From Candidatus Bathyarchaeota archaeon (GTDB taxonomy: Archaea > Thermoproteota > Bathyarchaeia > 40CM-2-53-6): DNA of 64,000 bases. The stretch is taken from NCBI GenBank assembly GCA_963833125.1, contig CAWHWX010000012.1, positions 32,001-96,000 on the forward strand, written 5' to 3'. Of this stretch, positions 25,680-36,927 are shown one piece after another. The notes beneath the pieces were generated by a model. It was not told the DNA's origin. It was given only the letters and a program-made list of their open reading frames with translations, and did no database searches. Made by a program: the position numbers and the translations under genes. Position 1 is the first letter of the stretch; every line of letters starts with the position of its first letter.

Positions 25680-25937
25680 TCAGCTAGAGCCGTCTTCTCT
25701 TTCGCTGCCTACTCGCTTGACCATGCCTTTGGCCGTCAAACTATAGGTGTGTGGCGCGATGAAATCTCTGTCGAGGAGGTAGCGGATCGCATCTTGAATC
25801 AGATCGTGGGAACCTTCGCCCTCAAACGCCTTGTACAGAGACGTAGCAGAAATCTCCGCCGCTCCTTTGCTCTTGGCGGTTTCCCGAAATAGATCCAAGA
25901 TTCTTGCAGCTAACTCCGTCACCGTTGCCAAATCCAC
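25680..25937 (-). CDS. Small winged-helix-like protein
   Basis: AIRYLLDRDFI....YSLT.KG C-terminal wHTH pattern. Confidence 0.6.
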   Translation of the reverse strand: MDLATVTELAARILDLFRETAKSKGAAEISATSLYKAFEGEGSHDLIQDAIRYLLDRDFIAPHTYSLTAKGMVKRVGSEREDGSS

Positions 25938-26106
25938 ACCTTACCGATAACGCCCTAGGCTATTGTTTAGGCAAGAGAAGCGTCTCAATAGTAAAGACTA
26001 TCGATAAAGCCTGGCTGTTCGCAGTAGCACAATCCAGCCGAAGGTCGGTGTTTAAGCCTCCTTCAGGAAGTACTTGACGTGGCCAAGACTAGAAGTTTCT
26101 AGGAGC

Positions 26107-26877
26107 CTAGTGTAAGCGACGGGATGCCCGCCGCGCTCTCAAGACAAATATGGAAATTAGGGCGGTCTCAACGAGGACGACGATTGCTGTTGCATAGACT
26201 CCTTGCGGATATACATAGGTGACAATTAGCCGTGGGTAGTAAGTATTGTTTGGAGTCTGGTGGATTGTGAAGAATTGGGTGGAGTAGAGTAGCGAAGCGT
26301 TCTCCTGAGTGTCCCTAACGACTACCCCATTATTTTGTACACCAGACTGCCAATCCTTGACCATCTCACTTAGATCCCAATTCATGTAAATCAATGGACC
26401 ATTCCATCCGCCTTGGCCAGGTGGGACAGCGGATTCGGCGTGATGGTAATCCGTCCAATTCGGCTGGTTTACCCAGTTAATTCCCTCATCCGTCCAAGGT
26501 GACGATAAGGCGTAGATTCCGTAAATTCTGCCCGTGGGATCACCCAACTGGGATTGATTACCCAGCTGGTCACTCAGCTGGGTTTGGGTTGTTGTCTTTT
26601 GCCAAAGTCGCAAGCTAAGGATGGCTGACGTGATCCACACTTGCTGTGGAATCGATGATAGATTGAATTCGAGCCACCCTCTCATATTGTGACCATTCCG
26701 CCACGATGTGATTTCGAAGTTATCCGACCCGCCATTATTGGCAGTGGGAACAACTTGCCATGAGTAGCTTTGTGAAATTGGGTATAGGGTTAGGGTATGG
26801 ATGGAAGTGATCCAGAAAATTCCGAACGTTCCGCCGTAAATCAAAACAATTAGAAAAATCGCAATTACTCTTCTCAT
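26107..26877 (-). CDS. Membrane-anchored DNRLRE-domain protein
   Basis: RGWLEFNLSSIP...ITSA.LSL, W.DEGINWVNQP, WDL..MV..W..G..NNG, YPRL.VTY; N- and C-terminal TM. Confidence 0.75.
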   Translation of the reverse strand: MRRVIAIFLIVLIYGGTFGIFWITSIHTLTLYPISQSYSWQVVPTANNGGSDNFEITSWRNGHNMRGWLEFNLSSIPQQVWITSAILSLRLWQKTTTQTQLSDQLGNQSQLGDPTGRIYGIYALSSPWTDEGINWVNQPNWTDYHHAESAVPPGQGGWNGPLIYMNWDLSEMVKDWQSGVQNNGVVVRDTQENASLLYSTQFFTIHQTPNNTYYPRLIVTYVYPQGVYATAIVVLVETALISIFVLRARRASRRLH

Positions 26878-27108
26878 TTCAATCACTTCCAGTGAGCCAG
26901 ACCGTAAACTCACCCGTAGTAATAGATAACCTTGGGCAAATATTTCAGACCCTATGAGGTTCGGATGATCTCTGAAGTCGCGCTTCTCAGCGCTTTGAAC
27001 ATCAAGATCTATGGATTGGGAAAATCGGCGCATTTATGCCCTTTTTCACAGAATCTCCAAAAAGTTCCAGAAGACGTGCCATAAGCTAAATGCTCTCCTT
27101 CTCCTAAT

Positions 27109-28254
27109 TTGTCGACAGAGGTAGTTCATTTGTCGGACGATGTAATCTCGCTTCTTGCCGACCTGGTGAGGATTCCGAGTGTATGTGGGGAGGAAGGCAG
27201 AGTCGCGGCGTTCATCGCTAATTGGCTTAAGGAAAATGGTCTACCGGCCGAGATGCTTGAAGTCAAACCCGGGAGATCCAACGTACTAAGTAGAGTAAGA
27301 GGTCCGAAGGACGGGCCCCGCTTGATGCTCAACGGTCACATGGATACCGTTGCGCCTGGCACAGGATGGAAACACAATCCATTCGGAGCGGAAATAGAAA
27401 ATGGCAGAATGTATGGCCGCGGAACAGTTGACATGAAGTCGGGCTTAGCCGCCATGCTCTCGGCATTAGTAGAATGCAAACAGGAAGCGTTGCCGATGAG
27501 AGGGGAAGTAATCTTAGCGGCCGTCGTGGATGAAGAAGCGTTCGATTTGGGCTCATACGCACTCGTTCAGAGGGGCATAATGAAGGGAGTGGATTTGGCG
27601 ATGATCTCCGAGGCCAGCGACCTCAATGTCGTAACCGCGCACCGCGGTAGAACCGTGCTGGAGGTAATCGTTCATGGTACGCCTGCTCACTCCATGTGGC
27701 CTCAACACGGCATAAGTGCCATAACGGGCGCCGCAAATCTCGTCAACTCCCTACCAGAACTCAGCAGCCCCACCCATCCAAGGATGGGACGCTCGACTGT
27801 CAATGTCTTGAAGATTGAGGGAGGGCAAGAGGAGGTTATGCTCGTCCCAGATCGCTGCAGAATTGTCATCGACAGATGCTTAGTTCCAGGTCACAACTCG
27901 AAAGATGCGCTTCAGGATCTCAATAATACGATCAAGAAATTAGGGATAAATGCCGAGGCGAGTTTTATTCACCGCGAAACTCCATTCTGCGAACCCTTTG
28001 AGATATCCGACGAAAACAAGTATGTGAAATTGGTTGTTGGGGCTGCGACCAAAGCTCTTGGAAACGTTCCTAGGATAGATTTCCATGAAGGCCCGTGTGA
28101 TTCGTGTATTCTGGTAAACCCAGGAAACGTTCCGACTTTGGAATTTGGACCGTCAGGTGGGAGGCTGCATGAATCCGACGAGTTCGTGGACCTCGAATCC
28201 GTAAGAAAGACCGCAAGGGTCTACAAGGAAATCATCAGAACGCTACTCGCATGA
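27109..28254 (+). CDS. M20 family metallopeptidase (ArgE/DapE-like)
   Basis: NGHMDTV, GRGTVDMKSG, VDEE, G.PAHS, FGP..G.LH..DE. Confidence 0.92.
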   Translation: MSTEVVHLSDDVISLLADLVRIPSVCGEEGRVAAFIANWLKENGLPAEMLEVKPGRSNVLSRVRGPKDGPRLMLNGHMDTVAPGTGWKHNPFGAEIENGRMYGRGTVDMKSGLAAMLSALVECKQEALPMRGEVILAAVVDEEAFDLGSYALVQRGIMKGVDLAMISEASDLNVVTAHRGRTVLEVIVHGTPAHSMWPQHGISAITGAANLVNSLPELSSPTHPRMGRSTVNVLKIEGGQEEVMLVPDRCRIVIDRCLVPGHNSKDALQDLNNTIKKLGINAEASFIHRETPFCEPFEISDENKYVKLVVGAATKALGNVPRIDFHEGPCDSCILVNPGNVPTLEFGPSGGRLHESDEFVDLESVRKTARVYKEIIRTLLA

Positions 28255-28291
28255 GTAGTCCCTTTGTAAATTCAGTTAAACGTGAGTGTAG

Positions 28292-29283
28292 CTAGTTTTC
28301 CAAGTCGAATCGTGTCCCGACTCCTAGACTTCGGGCTTTCTTAAACACGACCAACGCGACTGCAGCGTCTTGAATTCCTAGGCCAACTGACTTGAAAAGC
28401 GTTTTTTCCTCCTGTGATGTTCGTCCTGGTCTTCTTACCTGTTACTATCTCCCCGAGTTCTGCCCAAATGTTTTCGCGCCGAATTACCCCCTCTTTCATT
28501 GGAATGATAATGTCTCCTGCCTCCGCGAGGGCTGCGTCCAAGGAATCTACCACGATTTTGGAAGTTGAGATTGTCTCGTTGTCTACCTCTCGTGTTGAAG
28601 GAGTGAAAGCTCCAATTGCGTTGATATGCGTCCCGGGTTTTATGTCGCGGCCGTTGAAGACGGGGTTTGCAGAGGTCGTGGCTGTAACAATTATATCGGA
28701 TTCGCGAACCACTTCCTCAGGAGTGTTTGCAACCGAAACCTTAACGTCACCTTGGGCCGTCGTCTCCGTGATGAAGTCGTGTATTACTTCTTTTCTTGTA
28801 TCATATACTGACGCAGAGCTGATAGCTCTGACTTCCCTGACGGCTTGAAATTGTCTCCGGGCTTGAACTCCCGCGCCAAAAATGCCCAGACTATTTGCAT
28901 CGGTGCGGGCAAGATGCTTTGTTGCAACCCCCGAGACTGCGCCAGTTCTCATTGCCGTGATTTGGGACCCCTCCATTATTGCCTCAATGCGGCCGGTTTC
29001 TACATCGTTTAGCATTACTGCGGCCAGTACGTTTGGGATCCCGTGCCTGGTGGCGTTGTTTTGATAGACTGTAACAATTTTCGTTGCCAACGAGCCGGCT
29101 TGCGCGAGATATGCCGGCATTACTCCTAGCCAACCTTGCTTCTCAGGTATCGACAGACTCAGTCTTGTAGGCATCGTGGCGGTTCCAAGTGCGAACTCTC
29201 GGAACGCTTCCTCAACCGCCTCTAATGCTCTCGGCCATCGAAAGGAGCGCGCTTACTTGGCTCTTGGAGAGGAGGATAACCAT
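28292..29283 (-). CDS. Ornithine cyclodeaminase/alanine dehydrogenase (mu-crystallin) family, frameshifted
   Basis: MPAY, KIV.VY..N, ITAMRTGAVSGVA, IFGAGVQA, HINAIGA, FKSVGLGIQD. Confidence 0.9.
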
Positions 29284-29335
29284 CCTTGCATCACTCAGGT
29301 TGGTAGGCAGATTCGATTGGAGTGTTGCTGTTAAA

Positions 29336-30188
29336 TTACTCCATGAACCGTGAGGGACGTGGGTTCTTCCTCCTGCGTGAAAGGAGAAATACAGTCACTA
29401 GGATGACGACTGCTGCAGTCAAAGTGAAGATGAATGACTGTTGATCCCAGAACGGTTTTTGCGAGGGACAACTGTAGTTCGGTACTACGTTTTGAGGTAC
29501 GTTCACGGTTGGCTGTTGAATGCCGGGGTACCATTCCAAGTATGGAATCGGGGCCGGCAATGTTACGGCGTCGTTGGCTGAGAATGTGCAACCTTTTCCT
29601 AGAAGGTAAACGCCGTAGAGGTTGAGTGTTGATGGGTGCGAGCGTTCTCCGCCCGTATAAGCCTCCTGTGACGGGGACATGAGGTCTGTAAGGATTTGTG
29701 TGTGATCTAGACCTAATACATGTCCGAGCTCATGTTCCATCACTTGAATCAGATCATCGGGAGTTTGAAGCCTACTTAGGACTAACAATATTGTCTCATT
29801 CGAGATCATTCCAGACGTAGGTGTTTCAGTACTCCCCGACCAAATTTGTCCCGAGTCGGCGACGTAAACGATTGTAACTTGGGATATGGTATTGTTCTCG
29901 TTTCCTACAAGTGAGAATTCCGCATTGGTTTGATTTGGGAAGTAGGTGTGAATAAACCAAAGTTGTGCATTGTTCCAGTCATGTATTGCAGAGTTGATCG
30001 CTGCTGGCGCCCAGGCGGGTGAAGGTCGGAATGCTTACGAGTATTTCATGTGTGCCCCAACTCACGTCAAGCATCGGTTGCGAGTATGTTTGCGCCTGCA
30101 CGAGCGGTAACGTAGCAAAAATGAATAGGAGCAGTAGAGCCTGAACCTTCAACCGCTTCACTTCAGAAGCACAAAATGCTGTAATCAA
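29336..30188 (-). CDS. Matrixin-like zinc metalloprotease, membrane anchored, frameshifted
   Basis: HELGHVLGLDH plus Met-turn (DLM.P); signal peptide and C-terminal TM. Confidence 0.85.
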
Positions 30189-30324
30189 CGTGATTTATTT
30201 TTCTTGTACTCTTGAGTTCGGTCCGTTAGAAAATCGTATTCCAATGAAGGTCGTAGGCGACCACAAAGGTTTCGTGTCCAATCCCTTGACCCAAGGTGTA
30301 GTGGGGGATAATGCTCCTGGACGG

Positions 30325-31044
30325 TCATTCTGACCTTAAGCCAAGGTAGAGACGCGCTATTTCTTTGTGAGCCAGTAAATCCTTTGCAGGTCCTTCGAAG
30401 TTTTTGTTACCACTGACTAGCAAGTAGGCTTGGTCTCCTATTTCCAGAGCGCGTTTTGCATTTTGTTCGACAAGCAATACGGTCATGTTCATTGTGTCGG
30501 CTAGCGAAGATATTGTTGTTAGAACCTGTGTCGCAATTTTTGGCGCGAGGTTAGCGGTCGGTTCGTCAAACATCATGACCGTTGGTTTCCGGAGGAGCGC
30601 CATCGCCATCGCAAGCATCTGCCGTTCCCCTCCGCTTAGGTTTGTGGCTTTCGTGGACAGATACCTCTTCAGCTGGGGGAAGATCTCTAGAACCTCAACT
30701 TCGCGCCCTTCGGCTTGCTCGCGGTGGAGCGTGTAGGCCGCTAGTGTGATGTTCTCTTGGGTCGTTAGATTTGTGAAGACGTTTTCAGTTTGAGGGAGGT
30801 ACGCGACACCCATGCGTGCAATAACATGGGGATGAAGATTAGTCAACTCCTTCTCGCCGTCCATTTTGATGAGGCCTCCAAAGATTGTGGTTAGGCCAGA
30901 GATACTTTTGAGAAGTGTACTTTTTCCGGAACCGTTGGGGCCGACAATTACCGTCACTTCATTTGGCTTCGCTTGCATCGAAACGCCATTTAGCACTTGG
31001 AGTTTCCCATAGCCGGCGGATAGGTCCTTGACTTCGAGCATCAT
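30325..31044 (-). CDS. livF: Branched-chain amino acid ABC transporter ATPase
   Basis: GPNGSGKST, LSGGERQMLAMA, LLVEQNA. Confidence 0.92.
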   Translation of the reverse strand: MMLEVKDLSAGYGKLQVLNGVSMQAKPNEVTVIVGPNGSGKSTLLKSISGLTTIFGGLIKMDGEKELTNLHPHVIARMGVAYLPQTENVFTNLTTQENITLAAYTLHREQAEGREVEVLEIFPQLKRYLSTKATNLSGGERQMLAMAMALLRKPTVMMFDEPTANLAPKIATQVLTTISSLADTMNMTVLLVEQNAKRALEIGDQAYLLVSGNKNFEGPAKDLLAHKEIARLYLGLRSE

Positions 31045-31802
31045 TAATCTCCGAGATATGCCTCTACGACCTTCGCGTCACTGACAACTTCGTTAGGTGG
31101 GCCAGATGCTATTACTTTCCCAAGAGCCATTGCAGTCATGTGGTCGACATATTGCATCGCTATGTCCAGTCTATGTTCAACTATGAAGAAGGAGATGCCT
31201 GATTCGTCCCGGAGTTTGAGTATCTTGGAGAAGATCTCATGGGCTAATGTTGGGTTGACTCCCGAGACCGGCTCGTCGAGAAGCAAGAGCTTGGAGTCGC
31301 TCATGAGAGCCCGGCCCATCTCGAGCAGTTTCATCTGCCCTCCACTGAGGAGATAAGACGGTGTGTTGGCTTGTCCCATCAAGCCTAGGGTTTGTAGGAT
31401 TCTGCCCGCCTTTTCAACTGCTTCCTCCTCGTTTCGCACCCAAAACCCCCTGAATAGGGCTTTGTTGAAAGAATCGCCCGGATTTCCTTTCTCGGCTACA
31501 AGCAGGTTCTCAAGTGCCGTTAGTTTGGAGAACAGTGCTGGTATCTGAAAGGTTCTTGCGATTCCCATTCTGTATAGGGAGTGGGGAGTCATGCCAGTGA
31601 TGTCAGTGGAATTAAATTTCACGCTGCCTGTATCCGGTTTGTAGAATCCGGTTATGACATTGATGAGAGTCGTTTTTCCCGAACCGTTCGGCCCTATTAG
31701 AATGCTTACGGTTTTCTCGCCCACGCCTAATGTTACGCCATCTAGAGCTGCGAGTCGGCCGAATGATTTCCTTAGGTCAGTTACTTGAAGTATAGTCGAC
31801 AG
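31044..31802 (-). CDS. livG: Branched-chain amino acid ABC transporter ATPase
   Basis: GPNGSGKTT, GIARTFQ, LLLDEP; frame is open upstream to a CTG at 31802 (LQVTDLRKSFG). Confidence 0.9.
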   Translation of the reverse strand: MSTILQVTDLRKSFGRLAALDGVTLGVGEKTVSILIGPNGSGKTTLINVITGFYKPDTGSVKFNSTDITGMTPHSLYRMGIARTFQIPALFSKLTALENLLVAEKGNPGDSFNKALFRGFWVRNEEEAVEKAGRILQTLGLMGQANTPSYLLSGGQMKLLEMGRALMSDSKLLLLDEPVSGVNPTLAHEIFSKILKLRDESGISFFIVEHRLDIAMQYVDHMTAMALGKVIASGPPNEVVSDAKVVEAYLGD

Positions 31803-31849
31803 GATAGATCACAAAAAAGGAGGGTTAGCTGGATCTTGGTCCAGCTCGT

Positions 31850-33167
31850 TTATGGCGTCATTGTGTAGGATACTGCGTCGGCGGACAGCGCTCCAAGTGC
31901 CAACGTTTACCCATTGGTAGGACGTTGCATTGACACTTTGGATTTCCCAAACATCGTAGTCTGCTATCGCTCTATCGCCGTTTGCGTTAAGGTCCGGCCA
32001 GCCTGCTACGCCGTAGAAATTGTTCGCGACACCTGGCAAAGCGGCTTGCACGGCGGCTCCGTCATTTTTGCCAACCGCTAGAATGGTTAGTGCTGCAACC
32101 CAAGTGGCGTCGTATGCTGAGTATGCGTATGCATCAGGTTGTCCACCGTATTTGGCTACGTAGGCAGCCGTGAAAGCTGCGTACTTGGCTCCTCTTGTGG
32201 GTGCGTAGATTGTGCTTAGTGATTTGACCGCAGCGGCGGTACTGCCTGATGTCGAAGCGACCGTCCCGCTTTCAGCAGTTCCGTCCGTTCCGAACCACAC
32301 TGTCTTGGTCAATGCTGGGTAGCTTGATAGTTGCTGGTAGACTACTGACAATTCGTCGAATGAGACTGCGACGACTGCGACACTGCTTGCGCCGTATTTC
32401 GCGACTGCAGCGTTGTAGTCGCTCGTCATTGTGGTGAGTTGGGCTGAGAAGTCGTAGGTGCCAGATGAGATCGGGGTGTATTGTACGGTATCAACGATGG
32501 TTCCTCCAAGAGCTTGGTATTTGGTTTCAAAGGCGCCGCTGAGTCCGTCACCCCATGTATCATGGCGTGCGAGGACTATCGCGTCCTTGACTCCGTATGA
32601 CCAAACCACACGCGCCACTGCTGCGCTTTGCGCGAAATCGGTTGGGACCAGCCTGAAGAGGTAGTCGTTGGGGATTCCTAGATCCTCAGCTGTTGATGAT
32701 TGGCTGATGAGTACTAGGTGGTTGGTGTTGGCGTAAGATAGCACGTTTCTTGCTTCGGCGCTTGTCATTGGGCCAACATAGACTTGAATTCCTTGAGCGG
32801 CTAGGGTTTGGAGTTTCGACAAACATGTAGCTGGGTCTGTCGCTGTGTCTTCGTGGGTTACTGCAAACTGGACGCTAGAACCTGTCGTTGATAGCCATGA
32901 GTTTATGTCCGATATGGCCATGTCGATAGAGTTCTTACTGCGTTGGCCGTAGGCTGATAGGTCCCCGGTTAGTGCAACCAAGTCACCGATCGTAATTGTT
33001 CCCGATAGGCCTTGAGCCATTGTAGTAGATGCCGTCATGCTTGAACTGGACGTTGATGTTAGCCCCAATGATGGGGCTGCTGCGTACATTACAACCATGC
33101 CGACTAGTATGCCGACGATTAGAGTAGCAATTGCCATTTTCGAGGATGATTTCTTGCCTTCTGACAT
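31850..33167 (-). CDS. Branched-chain amino acid ABC substrate-binding protein (3' frameshift)
   Basis: N-terminal TM, IG..VALTGDL...G, DYLFRLVP.D, AYDATW; LivK/Peripla_BP_6-like. Confidence 0.9.
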
Positions 33168-33282
33168 AGAAATTCCTTAAACCTAATCCGGGCTTTGGAA
33201 AGATATTTAAGACTTCCCACAAAGAGGTACTGGGCCTCTTGAGGCTAAGCTGAGTGGAAAAATCTCTGGCCTGCAGCCGTTT

Positions 33283-34194
33283 ATGGCAGATGCGATAGTC
33301 TACGGTTGCCTATTTGCCCTGATGAGTATGGGCCTGACGCTAACCTACATGACTACCAAAGTCCCGAATTTCGCGCACGGATCTTTCGTTACGGTCGCCG
33401 TTTACCTCGCCTTCACACTTTATCATTTTGATAATCTTTCAGCCTACTACTCTATCCCATTCTCATTCCTACTCGTAGGAGCGACTGCGGCTGCAATGTA
33501 TCGACTAATTCTGAAACCGCTGTCAGCAAGAGGAGCGTCACTAGTTTCGTTAATGATTTCGACTCTAGCAGTGGACATAGCATTCATAGGAATCTTCGGC
33601 ATCTTCTCGGACACGCTTTCCAACGTGTACAAGGTCTTCAACAGCAAATTTTTCCTCCTAGCGGATACGGACTTCAGTATCTTCGGTTTGAGAGGATTGG
33701 TGGTGATAGCGCCGATTTTTGTTGTGTTGGTAACTGCGATTTTATGGCTATCTTTAACCAAGACTAAGTTCGGAATCGCGATGCGCGCCGCGGTTGAGAA
33801 TCCGAACCTTGCTGGCGTTCTCGGAATTAATATTGAACGGGTGTATCTTGTTTCTTGGTTTATCGCTGGCGGATTAGCAGGGATTGCAGGGTCCCTTATG
33901 GTACTGTGGCTTCCGGGAAACCCTCACGTCGGATCAGACTTCATCGTAGCGATTTTCGCATCTAGCATTCTCGGCGGGCTTTTGAGTGTTTATGGAGCTG
34001 TAATAGGAGGGCTGATGGTAGGGGGTTTGACGGTGCTTCTTACTGTCTATGGCAGTGAACTCTTGGGGTCGTGGGTTTCGGCTTGGGAGGTCGGAATGCC
34101 GATGCTGATCATGGTGGCCTCCCTTTTGGTAGTTCCTGAGGGCGTCACTGGTGTAAACTGGAAACGCATTCTTGCGGCTTTCCGGAAGCGGTGA
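33283..34194 (+). CDS. livH: Branched-chain amino acid ABC permease
   Basis: GLTLTY....NFAHG, TKFGIAMRA..EN..LA...GI. Confidence 0.92.
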   Translation: MADAIVYGCLFALMSMGLTLTYMTTKVPNFAHGSFVTVAVYLAFTLYHFDNLSAYYSIPFSFLLVGATAAAMYRLILKPLSARGASLVSLMISTLAVDIAFIGIFGIFSDTLSNVYKVFNSKFFLLADTDFSIFGLRGLVVIAPIFVVLVTAILWLSLTKTKFGIAMRAAVENPNLAGVLGINIERVYLVSWFIAGGLAGIAGSLMVLWLPGNPHVGSDFIVAIFASSILGGLLSVYGAVIGGLMVGGLTVLLTVYGSELLGSWVSAWEVGMPMLIMVASLLVVPEGVTGVNWKRILAAFRKR

Positions 34195-35306
34195 GTGAAA
34201 TGCAGCTCCCACAGATCTTTTTCCTTGGCATAAACGTCATACTCTTCGGCCTGGATTTGCTTGCGTTCTTCGCGCTCTATTTAGCGATCAGTTTGACCTT
34301 GAACTTAGAATTCGGTTATACGGGTATTGCGAATTTCGGTAAAGTATTGTTCATAGCGGCAGGTGCGGCGGTTGGGGGGTCTTTTGCAGGAAGATTTGCC
34401 GCATGGATCTTCAACGTAAGTACGCAGGGGGATTTCATCAGGTACAACGCGAATATTATTCCGCAAGTCAATACCGTCTTGTCCACGAGCCTGCCCGCCT
34501 CGATTGGGCTTCTACTTGTTTCTGTAGTCGTGGCGGGGGCAGTTGGTGCTTTGTTCGGATTCCTGTTCTCGTACCCAGCCATCAGGCTCAAGCAGGATTA
34601 CTTGGCGATGACGCTGCTGGCCATGGCTCAGTTCTTCCAGATCTTTCTTAACAATTATTACCCGCTAATCGGTGGGAGTTTAGGCTTGGAGCTCCCGGAT
34701 CCATATGTTTGTGCTGGCGGTCTTAGATATGTCGTTGCGACGGGAGTGCTGGTTGTATTCGCTGCGCTGGTCTACATCTATTGCGAAAGGATAGCGCATG
34801 CTCCGCTTGCGAGAACACTGAGGGCGGTGCGGGATAATGAGGCTGCTGCGGAAGCGTTGGGCAAAGACGATGTTGCCATTCGACGAAAGACTTTGATGGT
34901 CGCGTCCGCCATTAGCGCAATCGCAGGGTTGCTATACTCATTCTACACCGTAGACGTGCTTCCCGCAACTTTCGGTCGCGTTGTTTGGACTTTCTGGCCG
35001 TGGGTGATTGTAATCATGGGTGGGGCGGCGAATAATTTGGGCGTAGGGATCGGTGTCTTCGTCTTTTGGTTCATGATCAAGGCCATCGATTCAGGAAAAT
35101 TCATCTTCTCGCGCTACATTCCGTTTGACGTTACTTGGCTTGAGTATCTGCTGATAGGAGCAATTCTGATAGCCATTTTGATAATTCGTCCGGAGGGAAT
35201 TCTGCCAGAGAAGTCCACCCCGACTTTGTCTAAATCCAGGCTTCGAGCGATCTTAGCGAAGTATGGGAAAAAACCTGAAGATAGTCCAAAAGCCAGCTCC
35301 GCATGA
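34191..35306 (+). CDS. livM: Branched-chain amino acid ABC permease
   Basis: LNLEFGYTGIANFG, RLK.DYLA, LRAVRDNE.AA.ALG, RPEGI. Confidence 0.92.
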   Translation: MSEMQLPQIFFLGINVILFGLDLLAFFALYLAISLTLNLEFGYTGIANFGKVLFIAAGAAVGGSFAGRFAAWIFNVSTQGDFIRYNANIIPQVNTVLSTSLPASIGLLLVSVVVAGAVGALFGFLFSYPAIRLKQDYLAMTLLAMAQFFQIFLNNYYPLIGGSLGLELPDPYVCAGGLRYVVATGVLVVFAALVYIYCERIAHAPLARTLRAVRDNEAAAEALGKDDVAIRRKTLMVASAISAIAGLLYSFYTVDVLPATFGRVVWTFWPWVIVIMGGAANNLGVGIGVFVFWFMIKAIDSGKFIFSRYIPFDVTWLEYLLIGAILIAILIIRPEGILPEKSTPTLSKSRLRAILAKYGKKPEDSPKASSA

Positions 35307-35345
35307 CGAAATCTTAGGTTTCAGTTATGAACGGAGAGCATTCAG

Positions 35346-35657
35346 TTACTTCTTTCGCGGATTCCTGCGTTTCACAATTGAGTATGTCGCGAAACAAAGA
35401 AGCAAGGCTGCAAGCAGGAGCAGAACAGGCGCTAATGGCGAGCATGAACTAGGCGGCGAATTTAATGGGTAATCCATGCACTCTGAGAAAGGAAAGGGTT
35501 GCGACGGGCCTGATCCAAGTAACGCTATTAGCAAACCAAGTGAGACGGAGAGAACAATCGTGATCGTTACTCCAATGGCAAGTCGCAAATCTCTCACTTG
35601 ACAACTCAAGGTCCTCGGACAACTTATAACAGAATCGGGATCGCAGAGGCGGGCCAT
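35346..35657 (-). CDS. Small two-TM hypothetical protein
   Basis: Two hydrophobic helices, basic C-terminus. Confidence 0.45.
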   Translation of the reverse strand: MARLCDPDSVISCPRTLSCQVRDLRLAIGVTITIVLSVSLGLLIALLGSGPSQPFPFSECMDYPLNSPPSSCSPLAPVLLLLAALLLCFATYSIVKRRNPRKK

Positions 35658-35809
35658 TGTGAGGAAGCATAATGGGAGAGCAAGAGCAGGTTCGTAATTA
35701 TAACCCCACGCTCATGACTCATCCGGTAGAATCTGTAGTCGAGCGTCTTGTCGGTTATCGAACGGACTAGACTAGATGTTTGTCTTGGCGCATGCTAGGT
35801 GTGAATAAG

Positions 35810-35919
35810 TGGTGGGCCTGGCCGGATTCGAACCGGCGACCCCACGATCTCAAAGCTGCGCTTATCAGTCGTGTGCTCCAGCTGCACCCTAAGATTGGCC
35901 CATGCTGAGCTACAGGCCC
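35810..35919 (-). tRNA. tRNA-Ile(GAU) with two introns (D-loop ~18 nt, 37/38 ~14 nt), CCA encoded
   Basis: GGGCCTG acceptor stem, CACGA-CTGATA^..^A-TCGTG anticodon arm, GCCGG-TTCGAAT-CCGGC T arm. Confidence 0.9.
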
Positions 35920-36090
35920 TTCGATTCGCTCGTATTCTCGGTTTTGTTTAAGGATTTGTTAGGCGTCCGCATTAGCCTAGCCGGTTTGGCGGTTCATGTG
36001 TCGCATAGTATTTTCCATCTATAGAAACGATGCGGTATTATAATTAGCATTTACCCGATGCTCGGTACTAATTACTGGAGCTAGGAGAAC

Positions 36091-36646
36091 ATGCAGGAGA
36101 TTCGATTCCACGGCCGCGCCGGGCAAGGCATCCTAACCGCAAGCCGCTTGTTTGCGCAAGCCGCCATTACTGATGGCAAATACGCCCAGGCGTTTCCCGA
36201 CTTTGGTCCCGAGAGGTTAGGGTCGCCACTTGCAGCCTTTGCGCGCATCGACGACGAGACCATTGAGATCAGAAGCCAGGTCTACACACCGAATGCGGTC
36301 GCGGTGTTCGAAGAAAGCCTCCTAGAAACCATTCCCAGTCACCAAAGGAATGCCTGCCAAAGGGTTCTTCGTAGTGAACTCTCCTGACGGAAAACTCGCG
36401 GCGGTTAAGAAGATGGGCGAGGAAGCTGCGGTTGTTCCCTATGCGATTGATGCGTCAAAGATCGCGATTGACCTCATCGGGAAGCCCACAGTGAGTACTA
36501 TTATGCTCGGTGCCTTGGCTGGAGCCTCAGGTTTTGTCACGGTTGATTCGTTAGAATCAGTAGTTAAACAGCGTTTTCACGGACCGATGGGTGAGACAAA
36601 CGCAAGGATGGTACGATCAGGGTTCAAGGAGGTTCATGAGATTTGA
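36091..36646 (+). CDS. porC: 2-oxoacid:ferredoxin oxidoreductase gamma subunit (frameshifted)
   Basis: [29 protein letters not shown]. Confidence 0.88.
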
Positions 36647-36927
36647 ATACTGAAAGCAAGCCCGGTTGGCGGCAACTTGCACGCGGCGCCGTAATCGTTG
36701 AACCAGGGTCAGCCAAGCAATTTCACACTGGAGATTGGCGGACCAAGAAACCAATCCTACAAGAGTCGAAGTGCACCAACTGCCTATTCTGTTGGATCTG
36801 GTGCCCCGAACCCGCGATAATCCGCGAGCCTAAGGTAGTCTCCTTCGACTACGACCATTGCAAGGGATGCGGCATCTGCGCCGTGGAATGCCCTGTTCAT
36901 GCCATCACAATGATAGAGGAGCGATGA
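36643..36927 (+). CDS. porD: 2-oxoacid:ferredoxin oxidoreductase delta subunit
   Basis: [19 protein letters not shown] and [12 protein letters not shown]. Confidence 0.92.
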   Translation: MNTESKPGWRQLARGAVIVEPGSAKQFHTGDWRTKKPILQESKCTNCLFCWIWCPEPAIIREPKVVSFDYDHCKGCGICAVECPVHAITMIEER